A stretch of DNA of 63,936 nt, counting the filler, from Gonapodya sp. JEL0774 (Eukaryota): the NCBI GenBank assembly GCA_027604505.1. It is 8 parts of 8 records of this genome, joined end to end, with 100 filler letters (N's around TTAATTAATTAA, not from the genome) between each part and the next. Parts side by side here need not be neighbours in the genome. Positions count along the whole stretch, not along the records: positions 8,046 to 15,989 come from JADIIX010000479.1; positions 16,090 to 24,028 come from JADIIX010000480.1; 6 more parts are not named here. One strand, given 5' to 3'. The notes beneath the pieces are model-generated. The model was not told the origin of the DNA, ran no database searches, and saw nothing but the letters and a program-made list of their open reading frames with translations. The position numbers and the translations under genes are program-made. Below are positions 11,192 to 22,123 of this stretch, in pieces; positions within the stretch are counted from its first letter, which is position 1, and each line of letters starts with the position of its first letter.

Positions 11192-14100
11192 TTGACTGTG
11201 GCAGTGCCCACGCCTGTACCTACACCATTACATACTGAAGTATGCAACAAAGCGGCTCAAAGTCAGCCACTGACACCAATTATGTCGGCAACAAGCAGGC
11301 AAACTGCCTATGAGCAAGAAACAAGCGATACGCAACCCCCGTCTAAAAGGCGAAGGCTCGCCGCAACTGGTGCAAATCTCATCAACATTGAGAACACCCA
11401 TCAAAACTCCAAATTGAGTGACGAGGACCACCCTGACGTTGAGTCAGAGGCACAAATTGATCCTGCATACAATTTGCACGGAATCATACTCGATGCATTA
11501 CCAGATACAGGTGCATCAATCTCGGCGATAAGTTACGACGCATACTCTAAGTACTTTCATAAAGAAGAAAGATACAAAAGACTAGCCAGTCATCCTGATT
11601 TCAATATACAAATCGGAGACAGTCGGATACAACTACCGATCAGCATTAACGGTCACGAGAAAGTCCATCATCTGTTCCATATATTGGACAGACTCCCCTA
11701 CGACATAGTGTTGGGAACAGGGTATCTCTGTCAAACAGGTGTACTCATGAACTGGGCCGAAAATTGGCTTCAATTCCCCATGAAAGGTGCGACAGGCCAC
11801 CTTAAACACTATTCACCGCCAATACATTTCAAGAAAGAAATGTCTACTGTGACTCACCAAACAAATGATGTAGTCATGGTTACAGCTGAGTCTTACGAAC
11901 TCGAGAAGGGCGAACGTAAAATTGTTTGTGCTATGCCGATTCAAACAGAACTTGCCAATGTGTCTGGCATTGCCAAGTATCATCCAATCACAAGTGAACG
12001 ACGCAAACTCGTCGTACCAAACTCATTGTGCAATATGAAAAACGGTACCACCGAATTCATATTGGAGAATTACTCCGGTGCACCAGCCTCGGTCCCTAAA
12101 GGAACTCGAGTTGCATACTTTGAACCTATAATCCGCCAGGATTACAAAATACTTACCATGCAACCTGGAAGTGACAAAATGTCCACACCGGTTCATAATG
12201 GTAGTAATGGTTCTATGCTCACAATCGATGTACCTCGCCGCTCGGAAGATCCGAGTCCGCAGGACACTGCGCCAGCAATCCCTGGCCTCGACCTGTCAAA
12301 CACATGCTTAGACGAAATTCAATTGAATGAGCTAAGGCAATGTTTGCACAACAATCGCGATGTTTTTAGCGATGGCGACACGCCTGGTACAGTTGCATAT
12401 CCGGTCGAACACGAGATCGACACGGGCAACTTGAAACCAATAGTGGTTCCAAGATACCATGGCAGTCCACGAGACAGAAACGCAATTGCCGAACACGAAC
12501 AGAAAATGTTACGTGATGGTATTATCGAGCCCTCAATGAGCGCTTGGGCGTTTCCAGTAGTCATGGCGCCGAAAAAAGACGGTAAACTCCGCTTTTGCGT
12601 CGACTATCGAAAACTTAATGCGGCGACAAAGAAGGACAAGTATCCTTTGCCAAGAATAGATGATTTACTAGCTGCTACAGAGCATGCTAAGTACTATTCG
12701 GCTCTCGACATCACTTGGGGATATTGGAACATACCAATAAAACCCCGCGATCGTGAAAAGACCGCATTCCGAACACATACAGGCCTTTACCATTTTGTAA
12801 GGATGCCGTTCGGTCTCACAAATGCTCCCGCCACGTTCCAACGTCTAATGGACGACGTGCTGCGAGGTTTAAATTGGGAATGTTTATTGGTTTATATGGA
12901 CGACATACTTGTCTACTCCAATACATTCGAAGACCATATAAAGCATTTGAATTTACTATTCTCTAGACTCCGAAGTGCAAATCTAAAGCTCCGTGCTCCA
13001 AAATGCAACTTCTGTCGAGATGAGACTCCTTACCTTGGTCACATAATTACGGCCAGTGGACTCATCAAAATGGACCCCAAAAAGTTGGAGGCCATTAGTA
13101 TTTTCGTAATGCCAAAGACACTCAAGGAACTGCAACGGTTCTTGGGGCTTACTGGTCATTATCGACATTTCCTCGAAGGATACGCACAAACTGCAGCACC
13201 TTTGACGAATCTGTTGTCACAGCCAAAGCCTGTGTTTGGCCCAGAAGCTATCAAATCCTTTGAGAAACTCAAAGCATGCATGCTATCTGGTGGTGTATTA
13301 CGTAGAACCAAATACAGCAAGCCGTTCATTGTCAAAACTGACGCTCCAGGCATTGCTCTAGGTGCAATTCTCGAACAACTCGATGAAAAAGGGCAACCTT
13401 ACATAGTGGGATACGGCAATAAAAAATTTACACCGGCTGAACAAAAGTGGGATACTCGCAAGTGTGAGGCCTACACCGCCATCTGGGGATGTGAATTCTT
13501 CCGCCACCACATTCTTGGCGCAACATCTGAATTACAGTCAGACCACGAGTCACTGAAATTCTTAACAATCCGGCGAGTAAAGGTAAAATTGCTCGGTGGG
13601 CAATTTGTTTAGCCGAATTTGACTACACTCCGCGTTACCGACCTGGATCAACACAATCAAATGTTGATGCATTATCCAGAATGGAAAATACCAGTGAAAC
13701 AAAGGGCCGAATTGACCCCGAAGTTCCGACATATGGTGATCAACGTTCCAATGAGAATTTCACCCAAAACACAGAAATGACAGAGTGCGACTCTCATTCA
13801 TACATGACAGTTGCATCACTCAATGTCATTGACGTTGTTAACACGCTTACAAATGAAGCATCTAATGCTTTTGCCACCGTTTCGTGGCCACCACAAGCTT
13901 ATCACAAACAGTGGGCAGCCGACCAAAGATCTGACCCAGATCTCGCCAGAATCTTTGCGATTATAGAAAAACCCGCAAAACCAGCTGAACTGTCAACAGC
14001 TCTTTACAATGAAGCTGCTCGACACGCTGCTGTCATGGCAATTGAAAATGGTCCCCTTGCTCGAACCATCATTTGTTCTTGGACAACCACATCAAACAGT

Positions 14101-15721
14101 CAGCGACGCACTATAATCTCAAAAGCAGTAAACGTACCAACACAAATAGTGGTTCCGTTCCAGCTGCTCGAAGACAAGAGATTCTGCGTATGCATCATAA
14201 TGCCCCTACTGGATCACATGCCAGATCCACCGCCATGCTAAAGCAATGGTAGGAAAGTGCTGTTGGCATCGCATGGCACGTGATGTACAGTCATACGTAC
14301 ACAATAAATGTTTAACATGCCAAAGTCGAAAACCAACTAAGCCAAATCTACAGGGGCTCCTGAGGCCATTTGACTTCAGTGCTGCACAGCCCTGGGACGA
14401 TCTATGTCTTGACCACGCTGGACCTTTTCCCACAACAGCAGAAGGTCTCACGCATATTTTGGTCATCATGGACATGTTCACTCAAATGGTTGAACTTGTA
14501 ACAGTAAAAGACACATCCGCACTCGAAACGGCACATGCATTGCTGAACCACTGGATTTACCGTTGGGGAATTCCCATTTGGATCCATTCCAATAATGAAA
14601 CATCGTTTGCGAATGACGTAATGAAGGAACTCACCGCAATGCTGTGTTTCCAACATACATTCACATCACTGGGTCATCCACAAGGAAACCCTTACGCTGA
14701 ACGTTTCATGAGACCAATGGTTGACGCACTATATGCGCAAAACTCAACCAAATCTCAAAATGATCGGATATGTTATTTACCGCCTATTCAATTTGCACAT
14801 AACATCCGCGTGCACTCAACAACTGGGTTCGCACCAATGTTTAATGCAACAGGGCGCAAACCACGTATACCAACAGACATCATCACAGGAGTAACTCTCA
14901 ATCCAAATGATCCGAGTGATGAAAATACACCCATGTATGAATATATGGCGCAAATCTATGAGGAACTCCGTGATCGATTACAAAAGTCCGCTCAAGTTCG
15001 AAAGATGAAATTCGACAAGACACATGTCGACGTAACATTTGACATCGATTCAACTGTTATGGTTTACAATGAGGAAGCCCATCGCAAAGGCGAAAGTACA
15101 AAGTTTCTTTCCCGATGGAGTGGCCCATATCGAGTCATTGAAAAATTGACCGAGGTCACATACAAACTCGAGCACTTCCGCACTGGAAATGTAATACGTG
15201 CACACGTAAATAGGCTACGAAAAATTAAGCCATACATTCCTCCAGCTGACGCAATTGCTGCGGCTCCTCCTCTACTTGACGAAACCCCGGAGGATCTCAC
15301 CAGTGACCCTGGATCCCTCCCGGCTCGGAATTATCCGACACCTATTGCAGCAAGCGCTAGCAATGAAGCCAGCTATGAAATGGAATCAATCCTCTTAGCT
15401 CGCATGAATGGTGATCTCGTCGAGTATTTAGTTAAGTTTGTTGGATACGACGAACCTGAATGGATTCCTGAAGAGAACATTGATGGTCTCGATATGATTA
15501 AGGAATTCCAACGTCGATTTCCCGAACAAGCTGCGGATCTGAAGACCCGTAAGCGTGCACGAGAGGCACAAAAACGACGTTTAACCCGCCGTAAAGCAGC
15601 AGAAAGCACCGAGCAGCAAGCTAGTAGTGCAGATGCCCCTAATACCCGACGTCGCAAAAATACCACGACGCATGGCGAGGCAATCTCATTACACGGCGTA
15701 TGGTTAACAAAGTCGTTATAA
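11192..15721 (+). pseudogene. pol: Frameshifted gypsy pol: aspartic protease, RT, RNase H, integrase, chromodomain
   Basis: PDTGAS; RFCVDYRKLN, MPFGLTNAPATFQR, YMDD; KTDA; a frameshift near 13560 continues as IARWAICLAEFDY..YRPG...VDALSR; further shifts near 14160-14245; CLTCQ, LDHAGPF, GNPYAERF, WSGPYRV; EYLVKFVGYDEPEWIPEENI. Confidence 0.95.
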
Positions 15722-15903
15722 TACTTAAAGAGGTTTTCTCGGTTTTCCCTCTACCTACTATACTCATTGACACACAGTCTCTGAAGTAATTTCTCTGGAG
15801 TTTATTTTTTCTCCATAAGAGTTCGACGTACACAACGTACGCCAGAGGTTTTTTCATTTTTTTCCCTCTGCTATCGCAATTTTGCGTCCGAGGTCGTCCG
15901 CTT

Positions 15904-15918
15904 AAGAAGAGCGGGGGG
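15904..15918 (+). other. Polypurine tract
   Basis: AAGAAGAGCGGGGGG immediately before the TG of the 3' LTR. Confidence 0.9.
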
Positions 15919-15989
15919 TGTTGTGGTATTGACACCTTGCACATGACCACAGCCTACACATGTATATAAGGCACAACTAGCACCACATA
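15919..15989 (+). repeat. 3' LTR (partial)
   Basis: 69 of 71 nt identical to 8611-8681. Confidence 0.95.
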
Positions 15990-16089
15990 NNNNNNNNNNN
16001 NNNNNNNNNNNNNNNNNNNNNNNNNNNNNNNNNTTAATTAATTAANNNNNNNNNNNNNNNNNNNNNNNNNNNNNNNNNNNNNNNNNNNN
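15990..16089. other. Artificial contig spacer
   Basis: 44 N + TTAATTAATTAA + 44 N. Confidence 0.99.
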
Positions 16090-16424
16090 TTCAGCGACGC
16101 CGCGAGTCGTGAAGATATGTCTGTTTCGATGGATTTCCAAATACACTCGGCGCCAGTCAGGCCACTGTGACCTCATCTCGGGTCCCCGAGACGGGCAGAG
16201 ATCTGGGTCAGCTCCGAGGACGATGGAGACGGTTTGGAGCATCTTTGAGTGTGAACAGGACCCTCGACGACTCGTCACGCGTCGGTTGCCCAACTCCATC
16301 TGTAACCGATTTTGGGGCGTGCAATGTAGACAAGAGAACATTTTGCAGCGTGATGATGCTCCATCAAAGACGGATAAACCTTAGAAAGGTGCTCGTAAGA
16401 TAAAATCCACGTCACTGTCCGCAA

Positions 16425-17036
16425 ATGTCCCAGCTTTCCGCGGTAGCACACCATCAGTTATCCGGGCGAATTGGATTATCTTTTGTCACTTCCTTCTTCT
16501 CGAAAGGATTTCCCCCGGTGAACTATCTTTCCATTTCGGCAAACGCCGGCTTCTTCACCTCGGGAATGTCGCAATCATCGAACATCGGGCCTATACAGCT
16601 TGCGATCCGAGAAAAAGTTCGTTTCTTTGAGCTGTCCTTGCGTACTGTTGTCTAGAATTACTGACAGGGTCGAGGTTCGTCTCTTCAAGCTTTCGCTCTC
16701 TCTGAACCCAACTCTGCTCGATATAACCGACGATTCTGCCAGTCATCGAGGGCATGCTGCTATGAAGGGTCTGAATCCTGTGGAAACGCACTTCTCGGTC
16801 ACAGTTGTGTCAGAAGAGTTCACCGGGAAAGTAAGATCGAGATTCATACTTTCTGCCATAAACAATATTTCACACGCTCTACACGGATGTTATGCCATGC
16901 ATACACTTCGAAGGCTCCTGTGAAGCGTCACCAGATGATTTACGCCCTGCTGGAGGAAGAACTCAAGGAGAAGGGTCTCCATGCGCTTTCACTTACGACG
17001 AAGACCCCATCAGAGTGGGAAAAGGTGAAACGATAG
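16425..17036 (+). CDS. bolA: BolA-family protein (3 exons; introns 16617-16689 and 16831-16913); start at 16425 (possible mitochondrial leader) or 16566
   Basis: Spliced product GPIQLAIREKLSLSLNPTLLDITDDSASHRGHAAM...ETHFSVTVVSEEFTGKAPVKRHQMIYALLEEELKEKGLHALSLTTKTP. Confidence 0.93.
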
Positions 17037-17145
17037 AAGAAAATATTATTCAACCGGTTGAAGGTTGCTCAAAAACTGCATATGCAGCCGGCCATGGGCA
17101 CAGCAATATACATATACTTGATCGTCAAAACACGGTGGTACCATC

Positions 17146-19548
17146 TCACGTCCGGAAATGATACGCTCGCTCGGGGGCCTCCACTTCCAACTGAATCGAC
17201 GATTCTGACTCCAATTGTCTCTCCATACTCGGCGGCATATGTGCCAGCACACCGCTCGATGAGCTGAGCCCTCCACTCGAGGTCTCGTTGGATTTGTTGG
17301 TAGACGTTGCCGATTTTCGGGTGGAGCGGAGCCCACCATCGGGAGGTGCCCGCTGCAAAGCTGGAGGCATGTCTTGCTCGCTTGCCGACAAATCGCTTTC
17401 GCTCATCCATGGTAGCTGCCCAGAGGTGTAGTTTATGTTGAGAGTCCGCTCGGACATCACCCGCTCTGACATGACTTTGGACATTGCGAGTGGAAACGCA
17501 GACTCCACGCGAGCGTACCCGGACAAAAAGGAGACGTCTGGGAGGTCCGGAAGATTACTTGACAAGCGAAGGCAGTCGCTGCCGGAGAGTGTTGTCCAGA
17601 ACCGTTACTAATATGGCCACAACGTACCGATTATCGGGATGAGACTTACAGAGGCGCCGCTCCAACCTCGTTTGTGTCGATCGAGTGTACAACACACCAT
17701 CCATCTCGGAAAATGGTGTTGATTTTGACAAGCTAACAGGTGCACGCGAAATTCGGTCGGAGAACGAGGTCAATTACGTCCAGTAGCACTCACTTGACCG
17801 GGGAACAAGGAAACCTCATCCGGCGCTTGCGCTTCGTACTAAAATTTGGGTGGATTATGTCAAGCGAGTGTTCCTGTAAACATATAAGGACAGGATCGCA
17901 CGGACCTTCCGTGCAACAAGGAATGGTTGCCCTTCGTACGATATGCTTGTTTCATGATCCAAACCGAGTCGCTCTGCTTCACTTTTGAAGAACGGGTGTG
18001 CCTGAAAGAAGACTAGTCAGCCCGAGCATCCATTCCGATAATAAGGTGGAACACATACCTTGGTAGTCCGATCACTGAGTTGCACTGTACAAATGAAGGA
18101 TGGCGGTGGGATGAAAGTAGACATGAGAGGCTTTGAAACGAAAAGTATTTCTCACTTTGGTTCTTCATTTTATTGGCCTTCCACTTGTACCGACCCCATA
18201 TTGCAGCTGCGATCACCAGCACGAGAGCACACACCCCCACTGCCACTCCGACAATAACGTTTCCACCGCTCTTCTGTAGTTTGTTATCCGGATTCGCTGC
18301 GACCAGAGTTCCGATGTAATCGGGTAAGGAGAGCGAGTCTACAATATGCATGACTCCGTTACTGACGACCACGGAGTGGAGAATGTGGATGCTGCCGAAA
18401 CTCGCGGTCGAGGTCGAGGTTGAGGCCGGGACGAACACGGCCTGGTTTGGGAGGAGGGTCTCGTAGATGGCAGTGGTTGACGTGTCGTAGTGGAGACCAA
18501 TCAAGACTACAAAGGAAGGCATAGGGTAGGATTAGTTGGACAAGTGCTTGGGCAGATACGGTCCTCGGCTCACTGTTGAATCGGATTGCATCCCACAAGT
18601 ACGAATCCTGGAGAGTGACGTTGGCGGTCGCGGAGGCAAAGGACGCCTTCAGGGAAGCAACAGCGCTGTCAACCGGTATAAGCCTGGTGAGACATGTGAG
18701 GAAAAGTTGTTAGATAATGATTTCGTCAGTGAAGTTCGCGGCACCTATTGACATTGTTACTTCGGTCTGGTTATCCAAAGTGTCCGTGAAGTTCTTCGCT
18801 CCCAGAATTTTGAGATACTCTGTGATGGGGTAATCCTTCTGGGTTGCAGCGGTGGGGAGCTTAGAAGTGGTAGCACGAGGTCAGGCGAAGGGACGTCGTG
18901 GTGTTGTTCGCAGCCCAACAATACACTCACAAACGGAAACATTTTCAGAGGCGCCAACGCGAGACTTTCGGATATCGTTACTGGTGGCACCATCGCCTGA
19001 GTGACAATGTGGAGCATCCCATCGTCACATGTAAACGATTTCACGAGTTCAGACTTCCACCACGTGGCCGGGTAGAATGAGAGAGCGGTTGTCTTGTACA
19101 CCAGTAACCTTTGCGGAGTAATGGTACTGAGCTTCGTGGCCGTTGTGGTCGTGGTATTACCGAGGAAGGTGGGCAGGAAGAAACTGGACGATTGAGTGGC
19201 GAGGAACGAATCGTTGAGGATGAGCGGCGACGTGTGGAATGATCCGACCGCCTCCAGAAATGGCGACAAGCTTGTCAAGCTGACAAGACCAAAGATTGTT
19301 TGGAACGACTCGTCCAAAGGAGCGAAAAAGGTTTTTTGGATCGCCTTATTGTTGACCCGTTTCACGAATTCGCCGCTGGCAAAGATGCCAGCCGGATTGG
19401 TCGCCTGATTAATATACGAGAGAGGATAGTTGTTCTGCTGCGCGACGATCGTTTCGTAAATAGAAGCTCCCTCGGTTGTGCCTGAGAGTGAGAGCGCAAT
19501 AATCGCCTCGATGGCGACAGCAGCCAACAGAAATCGTCGTCCAGACAT
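17146..19548 (-). CDS. Single-pass membrane protein: signal peptide, 2 fasciclin (FAS1) domains, TM helix, SH3 domain, Ser-rich tail (multi-exon)
   Basis: Leader MSGRRFLLAAVAIEAIIALSLSG; FAS1 motifs TFFAPLDESF, DGMLHIVTQAMVPP, NGVMHIVDSLSLP; TM VIVGVAVGVCALVLVIAAAIWG-RYKWK; spliced SH3 YEAQAPDEVSLFPGQ..KINTIFRDGWCVVHSIDTNEVGAAPLDCL. Confidence 0.85.
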
Positions 19549-19763
19549 TCCCGCTGTCGAATAAATAAAGCGTTTCCAAAGGCGCGCGTCCCGAGCTGTG
19601 ATTTCAGAACGAGCGCATCCGGTCCCAAAAAAGGAATGGGGGAATGGGTGGTGTGATCAGACCGCTCCACCCCTCGAATATACAGTATTATGTACCTCCT
19701 CTGTATTCCGAGATCGCGCTCTTCATAGTACCAGGACTGCAAGCAACGAAAAACAAACGACCG

Positions 19764-21767
19764 ATGTCGTCGCCGCGGGGATCTGCCTCGCTCGCACTCC
19801 TTGTAGTGCTCGTCTTCATGGGAATGGCGTTCGGCCAAACCTCCCTCGAAACGTCCTCGCCTGACTGCCGGTATTTTGAGGACTTGTTCCGGCTCTCCAA
19901 TGTTTCACTGCCATGGCCGATGGGACGCTGTTGTGATTTCTTCGAAGGGAGGACGGGAACCGCTGCCCAGTTCGTGGGATTCAATTGCTCAGTCGAGGGG
20001 AAAATCACGCGCGCCTCTGTTGAACAGTACCATCTCACCGGAGAGCTTCCGGCGTTCACTGACTTGGCGAATCTGACGCTGCTTGACTTTAGCAACAACT
20101 CTTTCTCGGGCGTTTTCCCATCGGTGAAGGGGATGGTCGCCCTCAAAGCTCTCTATTTTCACTCAAACCACTTTACAGCACTACCTGATGGCCTGGAAGC
20201 CATGTCGCAGTTGGAACATCTACAGTTCTTCTCTAATGATATCTCCGGACCTCTACCGAACGTTACAAGCTTCGGAAACCTGTTCGAGCTGTTTTTGCAA
20301 GGTTCGTGCAGCGGTTATGCTCGCGCCATAAATAGGGTCCTGAACATCCTGATCTGCCCATACATCATCCTACTACTTTTCATTTATGCTAGACAACAAC
20401 TTCACTGGTTCTATCGACGGCCTCATCCCAAACACCGTCAAGCAGTGTCGCATCACCTTGAATAACTCCAATCCTGGCCTCTGCACTGCATCAGGAGTCT
20501 TTCCTTCTTGCAAAGATCTTGCGGAGTCCATTCCGTGCTGCGATAAAGCCAATCCAAGTGGATGCCTCAAGACCACTGCACTCGGTGCGCCTTCGGGCAG
20601 CGCTGGGAGCGGTACACCTCCCACAGGGACGCTGAACATTCCTCTAATCGCTGGAGCAGCAGGAGGAGGACTTGCCGTCATAGCCATTGCCTCTATAATC
20701 ACAATAGTGACATTACGGCGACGTAAGGCGAAACGACGAGAGCAAGAGGCGAAGGATGCTGCCAAGGAGCCTCACTGGTACGTAGATCCGGATCCGGGTC
20801 TCGCCTGACGGGCCACGCCGTGTCAAGAAGTAGTCATCGTGGCGCCTCACGCTCCACCATCGCTGTTCGATTGCAGGTTTTTCCTTCGCGTCGCCGGTCT
20901 CCAGGGTTTGGAGGATACTGACAACGTGGAGTATTCTGGACCGCCATTCACCGTATTGCAGAACGTGAGTCATGTACGATCCCGAACGGCATAATCATGA
21001 GATATGAGCTGATGTTCTTTTCGTTTGGTGCGAAGTACGACGCTCAGGCGCCCGATGAGATGAGCATTGCCCCGGGGCAGACATTGAGGATGCAAACAGT
21101 GTTTAGGGACGGGTGAGCCTTGTAACTTCTATGACTGGATTGCTGCTCCGCTGATCAATATGCTATGGCCCGGGGCGTTGCACAGTTGGGGTGCGTGCTG
21201 GGAAGAGACGTCGGGTTCTTTCGGGACAGTGCCTCTGTGAGTTTACAAAATTCGTGATACCCGAGTATTGTTCTCAAATGTCCACATGCGCTTTCCTTTC
21301 CTATACTTCATTCCAGGGATTGCCTTCTACTCTCGGACCACATACTGCCGTCGGCCGAAAACCTTCTGTCCTTCCCTCTCCAAGAAGGCGAGGGATCTTT
21401 TATTCGCGGCCCTTCGGCAAATCTGGGTTCTCCTTCCACCATGTCCAACTCCCGCGTCGAGTCCAAAATCCGTTCTCATACATCTGGCGGTGCACCAGCC
21501 TCTCCTGCATCCGTCACACTAATACCGAACAGTCTCAGCTCGTTTTCGTTTACACAGTCCAACTCGATCGGTGGTAGAGGGGGAGAGCAATCAGGCTCGG
21601 TGCGGACGGATCGACAAAGTGGGCGACTGCCGGGGCAGAATATGTCGTTTGGTACAGCTCGAAGTACGTCTACGCATGGCGACTCCCTGGGAGGATCTTA
21701 TCAGGATCTCATCCAAATGACTGGAGTGCCGCAACATTCGGGGTTTCAATCGGGCCGGCCTGCATGA
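19764..21767 (+). CDS. LRR receptor-like protein 1: signal peptide, Cys cap, plant-type LRRs, TM helix, SH3 domain, Ser-rich tail
   Basis: LTGELPAFTDLANLTLLDFSNNSFSGVFP-type repeats; TM LIAGAAGGGLAVIAIASIITIVTL-RRRK; spliced SH3 YDAQAPDEMSIAPGQTLRMQTVFRDGWGACWEETSGSFGTVPLDCL. Confidence 0.88.
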
Positions 21768-22123
21768 CGTGCATAGTGTTTCTTGATCACCAACGTCAGC
21801 GGTGTCATCGATTTTGCTCTTCTTTGGCAAGAAGATTTTGTATATACTATGCATTTTTATGATGTTTTGAGACCCAAGGCGCTTAGAGATTTTTGATTTC
21901 GCGACTTGAATTTCTGGCATATTCCGCAATCCCCATGTCACGAATGATTGATATGGTGAGCCTGTCGTATCATCGTGACCTTCTTCCAAAGCTTATGATG
22001 CTGCTTCTTCTTCACGGCTTGCTCTTAGCTCTTATGCGTGTATATATTTGGCGCGGGCATGTATATTTGATTGCCTCCGCCTTATTTTCACATCTGCACG
22101 AAACCACCGCTGCGAAACGGGAC

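Larger units (their letters stand above)
8611..15989 (+). mobile_element. Near full-length, decayed Ty3/gypsy LTR retrotransposon with chromodomain (chromovirus-like); 3' LTR cut by the contig end
   Basis: Direct repeats at 8611 and 15919, PR-RT-RH-IN domain order, polypurine tract before the 3' LTR, chromodomain after the integrase. Confidence 0.95.

Noticed and set aside
10947..11210. 10-bp direct repeat GCAGTGCCCA (10947 and 11201) that could be a TSD
   Set aside because: No terminal inverted repeats or TG...CA ends inside, and removal does not restore a recognisable motif.
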